Below are positions 7,987-18,339 of a stretch of 43,019 bases of DNA, one piece after another (within the stretch, counting starts at the first letter, position 1; the number at the start of each line of letters is the position of its first letter). The position numbers were made by a program, and so were the translations under genes. The notes beneath the pieces were generated by a model, which searched no databases, was not told where the DNA came from, and saw only the letters and a list, made by a program, of their open reading frames with translations. The stretch lies in the UHGV virus genome UHGV-0241105; one strand, written 5' to 3'. Origin of the DNA: a virus.

Positions 7987-9353
7987 ATATCACTATTTCA
8001 AACAACATAGTTGTAGAGAACCCCACAACCGAACTTATTAATTGGTGCAAGGCTAACCTAAGACTCTCGAATCCTGAATACGCTAAAAAAGCAAGAATGG
8101 GATTTTGGATAGGTGATACGGCAAAGACGATAAGTCTATACGAAACAATAGGCGATAACTTAATTCTACCTTACGGAGCAATAGACTTAATTCCTCCAGA
8201 ATTATTAGACGGGAGAGAGATAATCTATGATTTCCAGAATAATGAGGACATTGAGTACAACGCAAAGATTCCTCTCAGGAATTACCAAGAAAAAGCAGTA
8301 AACAACATGCTTATTGCAGGACACGGAATATTACAAGCTCCTGCCGGAAGTGGAAAGAGCAGGTGCGGAATAGCACTTTTTACTAAGTGGAAAACGAAAG
8401 CACTCTGGCTATGTCATACAAAAGACTTAATAAATCAAGCGAAAACGATGGCAGAGGAATTTATTGATAAAAACTTCATTGGAACGATAACCGAGGGCAA
8501 AGTCAATATTGGTAAAGGTGTTACGTTCGCAACAGTTCAGACTATGTGCAAACTCGATTTAAGTCAATATAAAGACCTGTGGGGAACGATTCTCGTAGAT
8601 GAGTGCCACCGAGTTAGTGGTGCTCCTACAAGAATAACGCAATATCAAAAAGTCCTAAACAATCTGTCAGCAAGACACAAATACGGACTGTCGGCAACTG
8701 TTCATAGGGCAGACGGACTAGAGCAATGTATGTTCTCACTTGTGGGGAAGGTAGCATATCAAGTACCAGACGAAGCCGTAGCAGAGAACATTATGCGAGT
8801 TGGAATCCGTAGAATTGGAACAGGTATTAAAATAAGGCGGGAAGCTCTAAACACAGACGGAACAATCAATTATGCGAAGCTCATCAATTATCTTGCGAAT
8901 AATCTCAATCGCAACATGATAATTTCTGCAAATATCGAGTGTCGACCATCGTTGGTTCTGTCCGAAAGAGTGACTCAACTAGAGATTTTACTCAATATGT
9001 TACCAAAAGACATGAGAGATAAGGCAGCAATGATAACAGGAAAGAGTAAAAAAGCAGAACGAGAAAAAGCACTCGATGATATGAGAACAGGGAAGAAGAA
9101 ATATCTATTCGCTACATATCAACTCGCAAAAGAGGGCTTAAATATACCTTGTCTTGAAAGGTTATACATGGCAAGTCCTGTTAAAGATTATGCAGTAGTA
9201 ACGCAAGCGATAGGAAGAATTGCAAGAACGTGCGAGGGGAAATCAGAACCAATCTGTTATGACTTTGTCGACAATATAGGATATTGCGTAAAAGCATACA
9301 AACATAGAGTTAGAACATACAAGAAAAACAATTGTTATTTTGTGGAGGACTAA
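7983..9353 (+). CDS. SF2 (DExH) helicase
   Basis: LRNYQ, APAGSGKS, DECH, SAT and QAIGRIAR motifs. Confidence 0.93.
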   Translation: MNITISNNIVVENPTTELINWCKANLRLSNPEYAKKARMGFWIGDTAKTISLYETIGDNLILPYGAIDLIPPELLDGREIIYDFQNNEDIEYNAKIPLRNYQEKAVNNMLIAGHGILQAPAGSGKSRCGIALFTKWKTKALWLCHTKDLINQAKTMAEEFIDKNFIGTITEGKVNIGKGVTFATVQTMCKLDLSQYKDLWGTILVDECHRVSGAPTRITQYQKVLNNLSARHKYGLSATVHRADGLEQCMFSLVGKVAYQVPDEAVAENIMRVGIRRIGTGIKIRREALNTDGTINYAKLINYLANNLNRNMIISANIECRPSLVLSERVTQLEILLNMLPKDMRDKAAMITGKSKKAEREKALDDMRTGKKKYLFATYQLAKEGLNIPCLERLYMASPVKDYAVVTQAIGRIARTCEGKSEPICYDFVDNIGYCVKAYKHRVRTYKKNNCYFVED

Positions 9354-9356
9354 AAA

Positions 9357-9695
9357 ATGGCTAATAAATTTAGAGCAGAATGGAGCGGTCGCTATCCAAC
9401 ACTTTGCTTTGGTGAATGGACGCTTTATAAAAATGGGGAAGATATTTCCGAATATATACCAGCAGGCTTTCGAGATTCTCACATGAATACAGCAGGTGTC
9501 TATTCAGAATGGCATTTTGTCGATTGGATAGAAGAGTTTTCTAATTATGAGGATGGAATGGAATGCCATGATTGGATTGCAGCCAATAAATGGTGGCTAG
9601 AGCAATTTTGCGACACAGAGATAGATTTCGAGAATGTATATTGGGCATTTAATGCCTCAGACTTTAGACCTGGTTCGTGTGGAGGATGTATCTGA
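9357..9695 (+). CDS. Hypothetical phage protein
   Basis: Trp-rich; C-terminal SCGGCI; coupled ORF. Confidence 0.7.
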   Translation: MANKFRAEWSGRYPTLCFGEWTLYKNGEDISEYIPAGFRDSHMNTAGVYSEWHFVDWIEEFSNYEDGMECHDWIAANKWWLEQFCDTEIDFENVYWAFNASDFRPGSCGGCI

Positions 9696-11068
9696 TGATT
9701 AAAGTCAATGAATTATTTTCAGGTATCGGTGCGTTTAGAAAGGCACTCGAAGACCTTGAAATACCCCATGAGATAGTCGGTATATCGGAAATAGATAAAT
9801 ATGCGATTAAATCATACGAGGCTATTTATGGAGAAACTAGGAATTATGGAGATATATCTGAGATAGACAAGTTAGATTATGCGGATTTGTGGGCTTATGG
9901 ATTTCCCTGTCAGGACATTTCGGTTGCTGGCAGAGGTGCAGGGATAGTAAAAGGCGAAACACGAAGCGGACTACTTTACGAAGTAGAGCGATTACTCTTA
10001 AAAAGTCAAAAGTCAGACGAATTACCTAAATATCTAATAATGGAAAATGTCAAGAATCTTGTAAGCAAGAAATTCATGGCAGATTTTGAAAGATGGTTAG
10101 AGTTCTTAGAAAGTCTTGGATATACGAATCATTGGCGGGTACTTAATGCTAAAGATTATGGTATACCACAGAACAGAGAGAGGGTATTTTGTATCAGCAT
10201 TTTGGGAGACAAAGAGTTCGTGTTTCCTGAAAAACAACCTCTTAGGCTAAGACTTAAAGATTTATTGGAAGATGAGGTCGATGAGAAATTTTACTTATCA
10301 CGGAAACAAATAAACAGAATCAAATTTCCAACAGTTAAAATGGAAAAACAAAGACTACAAGAGAAGGACTATTGCGACACATTATGTGCAGGGGACCATA
10401 AACGTCCCAAGGTCATTCAAATAGGACAATACGATACACTAACAAGAAAAAACTCTAATAGGTACAGAGTATATGACGACGAGGGAATATCTCCGACAAT
10501 TCACACCTATCAAGGTGGAAATTTACAACCAAGTATCAGAATAAAAAACGGTACTAAGAAAGGGTTCTTGGAGGCGGTTGACGGTGATGGCATTGACCTC
10601 GCATTTCCAGAGGGCAAGCAAAGACGAGGAAGAGTGCAAAAGCAAATTGCGAGTACATTAGATACCAGCCCAAATAAAGGAGTTGCTATTTACTCACCCA
10701 CAGTATGTATAGGTAGTACACAAAAGAACGCAGCTGTTACAGATGGATCCTATGCTCCTACATTAACTAGTTCGATGGGAACAGGTGGTGGACACGTACC
10801 GATGATAGATAGCGAATCTCCAACGATCTCGCCAAAGGTTATCGGTGGTATTGGAGAGAAAACTAGTAACAACGGTAAACAATATTTCTATCAAAACAGA
10901 ATCTACGATTCAGGGGTTGCCACGGCTGTCGCCACATCTTTTCAGCCAAATTATTTAGATAATGCTTTCCGAGTGAGAAAACTAACACCGAAAGAATGTT
11001 GGAGACTCATGGGATTTGATGATAAGAGTTCGGAATGGTTAGATAACTTGTTAGAGGTAGGGCGATGA
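9695..11068 (+). CDS. C5 cytosine DNA methyltransferase with long variable region, lacking motif X
   Basis: ELFSGIG, GFPCQD, ENV, PQNRER and RKLTPKECWRLMGF motifs; ends without the (Y)xxxGN motif X. ATG 9695 with GGAGG RBS preferred over 9677. Confidence 0.85.
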   Translation: MIKVNELFSGIGAFRKALEDLEIPHEIVGISEIDKYAIKSYEAIYGETRNYGDISEIDKLDYADLWAYGFPCQDISVAGRGAGIVKGETRSGLLYEVERLLLKSQKSDELPKYLIMENVKNLVSKKFMADFERWLEFLESLGYTNHWRVLNAKDYGIPQNRERVFCISILGDKEFVFPEKQPLRLRLKDLLEDEVDEKFYLSRKQINRIKFPTVKMEKQRLQEKDYCDTLCAGDHKRPKVIQIGQYDTLTRKNSNRYRVYDDEGISPTIHTYQGGNLQPSIRIKNGTKKGFLEAVDGDGIDLAFPEGKQRRGRVQKQIASTLDTSPNKGVAIYSPTVCIGSTQKNAAVTDGSYAPTLTSSMGTGGGHVPMIDSESPTISPKVIGGIGEKTSNNGKQYFYQNRIYDSGVATAVATSFQPNYLDNAFRVRKLTPKECWRLMGFDDKSSEWLDNLLEVGR

Positions 11069-13527
11069 GACTTATAACATACGATACAGAGGTTTTTAGA
11101 CATAACTGGATAGTTGTATTCAAAGACAAAGAAACAGGCTCATATACAGTCATACACAACGATATTGAGGCATTAAGGGATTGTATATCAGATGACAACA
11201 TATATATCGGATTTAATACAAAACACTATGACCAATACATTATCAAAGGTATCTGTGCAGGCTTTACACCCGAAGAACTAAAAAGACTTAATGACTATCT
11301 TATTGGTGGATTTCAAGGTTGGCAATATCCAGACCTACAAGGATTTTTCTTCAAATTCAACAATGTCGATATAAGAGATGATATGTATAACGCTCTTTCA
11401 CTTAAAGCAATCGAGGGTCATATAGGAATGGATATAGAGGAATCTGAGATTGATTTCAATATAGATAGACCACTGACACAAGAGGAACTAAAGCAGACTA
11501 TACATTATTGTAAGCACGATGTCGATGCGACAGAGAAGCTAGTTGAATTAAGAAGAGATTACCTCATAACAAAGTTAAACCTCGGTCAGAGGGCAAGTAT
11601 TGAATCAACCAAAGCTCTCTCATCGACAAATGCAAAACTGACAGCAATGATGTTAGGTGCAAAGAGAGTAGAACGAACTGACGGTAGAGATTATGTCTAC
11701 CCCAACACCCTTGATTTATCGGTTATACCAAAAGAGGTAATAGACTTTTTTGAAACGATACACGATGAATCAATACCAGATGAGGTATTATTTAAGACTT
11801 CTCTTGAGATTGAAATAGGTGGTATGCCTTGTAAATATGCGTGGGGAGGCGTGCATGGGAGTCAGCTTTGCTATTTTGAGGAGAGACACGGTAACAGAAT
11901 TATCCAAAATCGGGATGTCTTAAGCCTATACCCCAGCCTCATTGAGCAATATAACTACCTATCACGAAACGTATCTGACCCTGAGATTTTCTACAAGATG
12001 AAGAGGGATAGGATTGCAGCAAAGCATAGTGGCGATAAGCAATTAGCAAAAGACTTAAAACTACCACTCAATACTGTGTCAGGTGCCCAGGAGAATCAAT
12101 ATAACGACCTATATGACCCTTTACCAACAAGGTCGCTCAGAATATCTGGTCAGTTATTTTTAACAGTTTTGTTAATGAGATTGCTTAATGAATGTAAGAC
12201 TTTCAAACCGCTCAACTTTAACACAGACGGTCTCATGTACTCAATCGAGGAAAAAGAGTTATCACTGGTAGACAGAATATGTGCTGACTGGGAGAAGGAA
12301 ACAAGGTTCGAACTGGAAACCGATGAGATCCAAAAGGTGTGGATAAAAGATGTGAACAATCTACTCTTTGTAGACATGGAAGGACATGTAAAGACAGTTG
12401 GTTCATACCTCAATTATGGAATATCCACAAAAGGTCAATGGGCAGTAAATAATTCGGCGATTGTGGTCAAAAAGGCAACTATTGAATATCTTGCTAACGG
12501 AACACCTGTAGAAGAAACAATCGCAAATAATAACGGCATATTTGACTATCAAATTATCGCAAAAGCAGGAAGTAAATACAGTAGGGCATATCAATTAGTA
12601 AACGATAAAGAAGTGCCTATACAAAAGGTTAATCGTGTCTATGCAACGAGTAATAAGAGTTTAGGTAAATTGTATAAGGTCAAAGCAGAAAACGGCTCTG
12701 TAGCAAAAATAGAGAGCCTACCTGAGCATTGCATAATTGACAACGATAACCACCTAACCATATCAGATGTCGATAAGACATATTATATAAACCTTGCAAG
12801 GAAAAGAATAAACGATTTTAAAGGAGAGAAAAAAATGGCAACAACAAAAAAAGCAGAAACAAAGATGAATGTGTATCAGAAACTGATTAAAGCAAGAGAG
12901 ATGTTTCTACAGTCAGATGTACAGAAAACAGGGAAGAACATGCACTTATCATTCATGTACTTTGAACTTGAGGATATTGTACCGACAGTTACAAGAATTT
13001 TTAATGAACTGGGGCTTATTTCAATCGTGAGATTTAATGAGACTCTTGCCGAAATGGTTATTGTGAATACTGATAATGATGGCGATAGCGTTGAATTTAC
13101 AGCACCATTTACACCTCTACAACCTATTATTAGCAACACAGGAAAACAGGCAACTAATGAAATGCAGGCACTCGGAAGTTCCATAACCTACATGAGACGT
13201 TATCTTTACATGATAGCAATGGATATTGTGGAGAGCGATAGCATCGATTCTGAACTTGGTAAAGACGAGCCTGTAAAGGCTAAAGCTCCTGCGACTCCTA
13301 AACAAAGACAGGAAGTAAAAGAGGAACTGACGGCAACAGGGGATAATGCAACCACTTTGCAAATAAAAGGTCTAAAAAAGGTACTAAAAGAACTAAAAGA
13401 TAAAGACCCAAGCAAAGAGGAAATGATCGCTAGGATTGCAGTTGAGACCAAAGGGTTTACAGAAATCAGTAAGTCGGATTGTGAAGAGTTGATTAAGAGA
13501 ATTACTGAAATGTTGGGTGAGGGATAA
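11065..13527 (+). CDS. Family-B-like DNA polymerase fused to an ERF-family ssDNA-annealing domain
   Basis: Exonuclease motifs YDTE, FNTKHYD and YCKHD; polymerase motifs DVLSLYPS, KLPLN..SG and NTDG; C-terminal NVYQKL...QALGSSITYMRRY (ERF). Confidence 0.85.
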   Translation: MRLITYDTEVFRHNWIVVFKDKETGSYTVIHNDIEALRDCISDDNIYIGFNTKHYDQYIIKGICAGFTPEELKRLNDYLIGGFQGWQYPDLQGFFFKFNNVDIRDDMYNALSLKAIEGHIGMDIEESEIDFNIDRPLTQEELKQTIHYCKHDVDATEKLVELRRDYLITKLNLGQRASIESTKALSSTNAKLTAMMLGAKRVERTDGRDYVYPNTLDLSVIPKEVIDFFETIHDESIPDEVLFKTSLEIEIGGMPCKYAWGGVHGSQLCYFEERHGNRIIQNRDVLSLYPSLIEQYNYLSRNVSDPEIFYKMKRDRIAAKHSGDKQLAKDLKLPLNTVSGAQENQYNDLYDPLPTRSLRISGQLFLTVLLMRLLNECKTFKPLNFNTDGLMYSIEEKELSLVDRICADWEKETRFELETDEIQKVWIKDVNNLLFVDMEGHVKTVGSYLNYGISTKGQWAVNNSAIVVKKATIEYLANGTPVEETIANNNGIFDYQIIAKAGSKYSRAYQLVNDKEVPIQKVNRVYATSNKSLGKLYKVKAENGSVAKIESLPEHCIIDNDNHLTISDVDKTYYINLARKRINDFKGEKKMATTKKAETKMNVYQKLIKAREMFLQSDVQKTGKNMHLSFMYFELEDIVPTVTRIFNELGLISIVRFNETLAEMVIVNTDNDGDSVEFTAPFTPLQPIISNTGKQATNEMQALGSSITYMRRYLYMIAMDIVESDSIDSELGKDEPVKAKAPATPKQRQEVKEELTATGDNATTLQIKGLKKVLKELKDKDPSKEEMIARIAVETKGFTEISKSDCEELIKRITEMLGEG

Positions 13528-13730
13528 TGAAAATTAACAAACAACTTTCTATTGTCTTCAAATATATATACACTGCCGAAATAAAAGACGGTGAAATAAA
13601 ACTAAATTCCAGTGAAGACGCAAGAAAATATAAAGAAGCTTTGCAAAAAGAATTAGACAACCTATTTTTGGCGAAAGATGGCAGAGCTGAATTTGGAAAT
13701 CTAATTGAGTTCAGAATAGAGGAGAAGTAA
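13527..13730 (+). CDS. Hypothetical protein
   Basis: TAATG coupling; RBS. Confidence 0.6.
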   Translation: MKINKQLSIVFKYIYTAEIKDGEIKLNSSEDARKYKEALQKELDNLFLAKDGRAEFGNLIEFRIEEK

Positions 13731-13912
13731 TGAGTGATAAATATTATGTTGATAACATAGAAGATGCAACACGAGGGTATGATACAAACACTAATCAGTA
13801 TGTATACATTGAAGAAATCATTTCAGACAGATTTTGCATTTGTCAACCGTATGATAACGACGCTTACATCATATGTAATATCGGTGAATTAAAGGATCTG
13901 CATTATATGTAA
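13730..13912 (+). CDS. Hypothetical protein
   Basis: TAATG coupling; AGGAG RBS. Confidence 0.6.
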   Translation: MSDKYYVDNIEDATRGYDTNTNQYVYIEEIISDRFCICQPYDNDAYIICNIGELKDLHYM

Positions 13913-13929
13913 TAGAAAGGGATAAAACA

Positions 13930-14973
13930 ATGAAAGAAATAACATGGTTTGATAACAATCGTATTCAGATTGAACCACCTAAGAAAACAAAGAAAATCAC
14001 GGGAACAAGATTTGCGACAATTTTAGGACTAAATCCGTGGAGTACACCATTTGAAATGTTTTGTGCAATCACTAAGACCTATGAGAAACCGTTCGAAGAT
14101 ACTGTCTACACCATTGCAGGAAAAACAATAGAGCCAAAGCAGGCAGAGTATATGAAAAAATCCTATGGTATGGATTTAGTCTCACCAACGGATAGATATG
14201 GTGTGGACTATTTCAGTAAAACGTGGGGAGACTTTTTTCCAGAGAATAAACATCTTGGTGGCATGTGGGATTACCTCGGTGTAAATGAAGATGGCGAAGT
14301 TGATACAGTTCTTGAAATGAAAACTACTAAGAGAATTGAAGACTGGAAGAACGATGTTCCTGAATATTATGCCCTACAGGCAGCACTTTATGCGTACCTA
14401 CTGGGGGTTGACAATGTAATCATGGTCGCCTCATTCCTAGAGGAAAAAGATTATGACAACCCATCAAAATACGTACCTAGTATAAAGAACACAATCACAG
14501 TGGAATTTAAGGTATCAGAGCGTTATCCGAACTTTAAAGACATGGTAGAAAGAGTTGAAACATGGTGGGAACAACATGTAGGAACAGGTATTTCCCCAGA
14601 GTTTGATGAGAAAAAGGACGCTGATATTTTAAAGGAGCTTAGAACTAACACCTTATCTCCTGAGACGGACATAGAGGAACTCATCAAAGAGGGTGAAAAA
14701 CTCAAAGTAGAAATTGACGATGTAACAAAAGGTATATCCGAGAAAGAAAAAAGACTAAAGAAGATTAACGACATTGTTAAAAAGCATGCTATGTCTCAGT
14801 TTAGGGAAGGCGACAATAAAGTTGAGATAAAAGGTTCTAAATATGTGTGGGCGATAACTCGGTCTGAGTCTACAAAGACAGTATATGACGACGAGGCTCT
14901 GAAAGCAGATGGGCTTTATGATAAATATACTACCGTTACAACCAATGAAAGTTATCGTATGACAGTAAAATAG
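13930..14973 (+). CDS. YqaJ/lambda-exonuclease-like recombination nuclease
   Basis: ITGTRFATILGLNPWSTP, G..IE, D...LEMKT and YYALQ...Y motifs. Confidence 0.87.
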   Translation: MKEITWFDNNRIQIEPPKKTKKITGTRFATILGLNPWSTPFEMFCAITKTYEKPFEDTVYTIAGKTIEPKQAEYMKKSYGMDLVSPTDRYGVDYFSKTWGDFFPENKHLGGMWDYLGVNEDGEVDTVLEMKTTKRIEDWKNDVPEYYALQAALYAYLLGVDNVIMVASFLEEKDYDNPSKYVPSIKNTITVEFKVSERYPNFKDMVERVETWWEQHVGTGISPEFDEKKDADILKELRTNTLSPETDIEELIKEGEKLKVEIDDVTKGISEKEKRLKKINDIVKKHAMSQFREGDNKVEIKGSKYVWAITRSESTKTVYDDEALKADGLYDKYTTVTTNESYRMTVK

Positions 14974-14985
14974 GGAGGAATTGAA

Positions 14986-15150
14986 ATGGAAATTACAAAG
15001 AAAGAGTTACTAAAACATTGTGCTGATGCTACGAAAGAGTTCACAGAAGAGATGTCAGGACCTGACGGAAAAGGGGAACTCGCACTCTTCTTGACTGTCG
15101 TCGCATTCACATCAATTTTATCAAAGAAGATATTCGGGGAGGAAGAATAA
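14986..15150 (+). CDS. Hypothetical 54-aa protein (not in ORF track)
   Basis: GGGAGG RBS; MEITKKELLK...KKIFGEEE*. Confidence 0.6.
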   Translation: MEITKKELLKHCADATKEFTEEMSGPDGKGELALFLTVVAFTSILSKKIFGEEE

Positions 15151-15151
15151 T

Positions 15152-15256
15152 ATGTATGTTGACCCGTTCATTGCAGGAATTATAGCAACACTGCTTGTAG
15201 AATTTGTTGGACTTTTAGTGATAGCAATCACTAAAAATAATAAGGAGGATAAATAA
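15152..15256 (+). CDS. 34-aa membrane peptide (not in ORF track)
   Basis: GGAGG RBS; MYVDPFIAGIIATLLVEFVGLLVIAITKNNKEDK*. Confidence 0.65.
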   Translation: MYVDPFIAGIIATLLVEFVGLLVIAITKNNKEDK

Positions 15257-15257
15257 G

Positions 15258-15725
15258 ATGGCAAAAGTACCAATGACAAGTGGGTTTATGTTAATCCCAG
15301 AAGGAGAATATGTTTTCCGTATATATGATGTAGAGCAAGACGAGACCTTTGGAAAGATTATCGTTAAACTCGTAAACGCACAAGGAATGACACAGATTGA
15401 GAGATTCTCACTAAAGAATCAGAATGACGAGTGGAATAAGGGAGCATTGAACGCATTTTCATACTTTGCAAAAAATGCACTTAACGACTTCACTAGAGAA
15501 GACGTAGAGCCAAAAGAACTAATAGACCACTATATTAGAGCAGAGGTTGTTCACTCAGATCCAATCCCGAATCGTAAAGATCCGTCTAAGACAATCGTCT
15601 TTGCTAATCTCGGAGACAAATCCCCCGCAGATGGATTTGATACAGAGCCTGTGAAGAGGGCTCTGACTCTAGGTAAAACAACGAAGAAACCAAGCATGAA
15701 TCTTGATGACATTTTAGGTAAGTAA
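15258..15725 (+). CDS. Putative ssDNA-binding protein (DUF669-like)
   Basis: LIPEGEYVFRI N-terminus; LDDIL C-terminal tail; replication-module position. Confidence 0.6.
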   Translation: MAKVPMTSGFMLIPEGEYVFRIYDVEQDETFGKIIVKLVNAQGMTQIERFSLKNQNDEWNKGALNAFSYFAKNALNDFTREDVEPKELIDHYIRAEVVHSDPIPNRKDPSKTIVFANLGDKSPADGFDTEPVKRALTLGKTTKKPSMNLDDILGK

Positions 15726-15946
15726 TGAATGGAGGTATTGAGATGTTTAAGTTAAAAGATGTGAATGGGGAAGTTAATTGTTTACTGCGTTCAGGTAAGG
15801 ATTTTGTAAGATGTTCTCTCCCAACTCCAAGTGCAGAGGTTATTGTAGAGGGCGGAGAACTAGTCGAGTCAGAACTACCCGATTATCCTATATGTGTTGA
15901 CGACACGTGGTTCTTTGAGGGAACTGTGGATAAAAAGGGGAAATAG
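15725..15946 (+). CDS. Hypothetical protein
   Basis: Coupled ORF; internal GGAGG RBS suggests a slightly later start. Confidence 0.6.
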   Translation: MNGGIEMFKLKDVNGEVNCLLRSGKDFVRCSLPTPSAEVIVEGGELVESELPDYPICVDDTWFFEGTVDKKGK

Positions 15947-15948
15947 TT

Positions 15949-16245
15949 ATGGCAAGGACTTATTACTCTGAATATGTGAATCATTGTTTGAGATTCTACG
16001 CAAGACACCCCAATCCTATATTCCGTAGTGAAGCGGATGAATGCAACTGGATGGCGTGTAGGAATGCCCTCAGAGAGTTTTCTGACGAGAACAGGGAGAT
16101 TCTACTGTCTATCTATAGCGATGGCGATACAGTACCTAACAACGTTTACAGAATCTCGAAAGAGAAGAAAGTAAAGCAAGATTCCATATGGAAGTTAATT
16201 AACGAACTTGAGAGAAAGGTCGCAAAGAGCAGGAGTTTAATCTGA
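15949..16245 (+). CDS. Hypothetical protein, possible RinA/ArpU-like transcriptional regulator
   Basis: C-terminal pattern (REILLSIY...YRIS...QDSIWKLINEL) resembles a sigma region-4-like HTH. Confidence 0.4.
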   Translation: MARTYYSEYVNHCLRFYARHPNPIFRSEADECNWMACRNALREFSDENREILLSIYSDGDTVPNNVYRISKEKKVKQDSIWKLINELERKVAKSRSLI

Positions 16246-17030
16246 TGTTGAATTATGACAATATCCCAGACGAACTAAAGAAACTTAATCAGTGGGTATG
16301 TGCATTAAACGGCTCTAAGGTTCCTATGATGGCTATTGAAAACTCTTTCGCGTCTTCAACCAATCCAGACACGTGGTGCGATTTTGATACAGCACTAGAA
16401 TCAGTAAACAAGGGTTATTACGATTATTGTGGTTTTGTGTTTACCGACAATGGATATGTAGGGATTGATATTGATAGAGGATATGACGAATACGGTTTAA
16501 TAAGCGATATAGGAGCGGACATTATAGGTAAATGTAAAAGTTATACAGAGAAATCCCGAAGTGGTAAAGGCTTTCATATACTGCTTCGGGGAACTCTCCC
16601 CTTTACAGGTCGCAACAACCTAGCAGGTGTAGAGATATATAAGACGTCAAGATACTTTATCATGACAGGGGACATACTACTCTATAAAGATATTATTGAA
16701 AACCAAGAGGCCATTGATTATGTTGTAGAAAAATATTTTCAAGAAACTAGGGAGAACACGAGGACAGACAGGTATAGAATTTATGAACCAAAATGGGAGA
16801 CGCCTGTTACAAACGGAAAGATTAAATTACACCCAATATACCCAGAGATACCTAATGGGAGTAGGAATATATGTCTTACCTCTCTTGCAGGAATGCTCCA
16901 TAGTCAGGGATATACAAAGAAACAAATATATGAAGAACTTATTTATGCGAACGAATCAGCATGTAGTCCTTGTCTTGATAGGCGAGAGATTCAAGCTATT
17001 TGCAATAGCGTAACAAGGTATAGAAGATGA
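16245..17030 (+). CDS. Primase (AEP/prim-pol type) with PriCT-like C-terminal domain
   Basis: IPDELK..NQWV, IDID, EKSRSGKGFH, EIY..SRYF..TG and GSRN..L..LAG motifs. Confidence 0.85.
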   Translation: MLNYDNIPDELKKLNQWVCALNGSKVPMMAIENSFASSTNPDTWCDFDTALESVNKGYYDYCGFVFTDNGYVGIDIDRGYDEYGLISDIGADIIGKCKSYTEKSRSGKGFHILLRGTLPFTGRNNLAGVEIYKTSRYFIMTGDILLYKDIIENQEAIDYVVEKYFQETRENTRTDRYRIYEPKWETPVTNGKIKLHPIYPEIPNGSRNICLTSLAGMLHSQGYTKKQIYEELIYANESACSPCLDRREIQAICNSVTRYRR

Positions 17031-17043
17031 GGGGGTTTACAAT

Positions 17044-17319
17044 TTGAAACAAATTACGATATGTGGAATACCTTATAAGATTGTACCAACAAAAGACGTT
17101 TTTGATGTTGATACACATTTAGGACAAATCAATTATATAACGGGTGAGATAAGAGTAAACGAGAAATTGCAAGGAGAAATCTTGTATGAGACTCTCGCAC
17201 ATGAAATTGTCCACGGAATACTGATGTATATAGGATATGAGAAAGAGTCACAGAACGAACAGTTTGTACAAGCACTCGGAAACGCAATAAATCAGACTTT
17301 CAAAATAAAGGAGTTATAA
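17044..17319 (+). CDS. Small HExxH metallopeptidase-like protein
   Basis: TLAHEIVHGIL followed by NE; TTG start with GAGGGGG RBS. Confidence 0.65.
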   Translation: MKQITICGIPYKIVPTKDVFDVDTHLGQINYITGEIRVNEKLQGEILYETLAHEIVHGILMYIGYEKESQNEQFVQALGNAINQTFKIKEL

Positions 17320-17321
17320 AA

Positions 17322-17507
17322 ATGTTTGATGCAATAATATATTTTACAGACAATAGTCACATAATTATTCCTAATGTATCAAGTTATCAATGGGGCGAAG
17401 TTAATAATGCCGTATCGGTATTAGTTGACAGAAAAAGACAGTTTTTCAATATGTCTTGTGTTAAATATATAGGACGAGTAGACGATATAGGAGTTGAAAG
17501 TGAATAA
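17322..17507 (+). CDS. Hypothetical protein
   Basis: AAGGAG RBS. Confidence 0.6.
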   Translation: MFDAIIYFTDNSHIIIPNVSSYQWGEVNNAVSVLVDRKRQFFNMSCVKYIGRVDDIGVESE

Positions 17508-17712
17508 TAAGCTAGCAGGTTATAGAGCCGATTTTTGCGATTATGTATATGAACTCTTACAGAACGACACAGATAACACACGGGCTAATAGAATAATAGA
17601 TTTATACGATGAACTTTTGGATTTAACAGAACAGTTAGAGCGTGAAAATTTTGGTATGAAGATGACAATAAAAAATTTACAGGAAAGATTAGGCAAGCTA
17701 CTTGATTACTAA
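17494..17712 (+). CDS. Hypothetical coiled-coil protein
   Basis: AGGAG RBS; packed ORF. Confidence 0.55.
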   Translation: MKVNNKLAGYRADFCDYVYELLQNDTDNTRANRIIDLYDELLDLTEQLERENFGMKMTIKNLQERLGKLLDY

Positions 17713-17723
17713 GGAGGGCTATA

Positions 17724-18131
17724 TTGAAGACAATATTACATCTAAAGAACGTCAATTACACAATAAATCTAAATAATAAACAGGACGAAGAGAATATTAT
17801 AAAACAAGTGCAAGAGGATTTCAGACAGTACACTAGAGGCACAAATGCCGATTATCGTAATGCAGATAAACTTAGTTATCTGGATATGATAAGAGGAAGA
17901 CTTTATACAAATAGTTTTGACGAATATGTAGAGAATTATATTAACGACACAATCAAATATCAGAAGGATGTCGGTACATTCAACACAAGTAGTTTCGAGA
18001 TCGATTTCGATTATGATTTCGCTGAGGGTGTGTACAGAAACGGATTGAGAGGTTTCTATCAAAGCGGTGAAACCGATACTCTATATAATAACTTAGCAAC
18101 CATAATTAAAGCTGTTATGGATTATGAATGA
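17724..18131 (+). CDS. Hypothetical protein
   Basis: AGGAGG RBS; TTG start. Confidence 0.6.
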   Translation: MKTILHLKNVNYTINLNNKQDEENIIKQVQEDFRQYTRGTNADYRNADKLSYLDMIRGRLYTNSFDEYVENYINDTIKYQKDVGTFNTSSFEIDFDYDFAEGVYRNGLRGFYQSGETDTLYNNLATIIKAVMDYE

Positions 18132-18339
18132 AAGGACAGTGAATATGAATAAATATAGAGTCCACATGGACAACTCCGCAAACTTTGAAATTCACACAGA
18201 AGAGTCAATTAATGAAATTCTAGGTAATACATGGGCAACTGGTATATACCTCTGGAAAACAAGGCAAGGAGATGAGATGGCAGTGTTCAAGGAACACATT
18301 GTATGTGTAGAGAAAGTTATTGACAGACATGAGGATTAG
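18124..18339 (+). CDS. Hypothetical protein
   Basis: Overlapping coupled ORF. Confidence 0.55.
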   Translation: MNERTVNMNKYRVHMDNSANFEIHTEESINEILGNTWATGIYLWKTRQGDEMAVFKEHIVCVEKVIDRHED

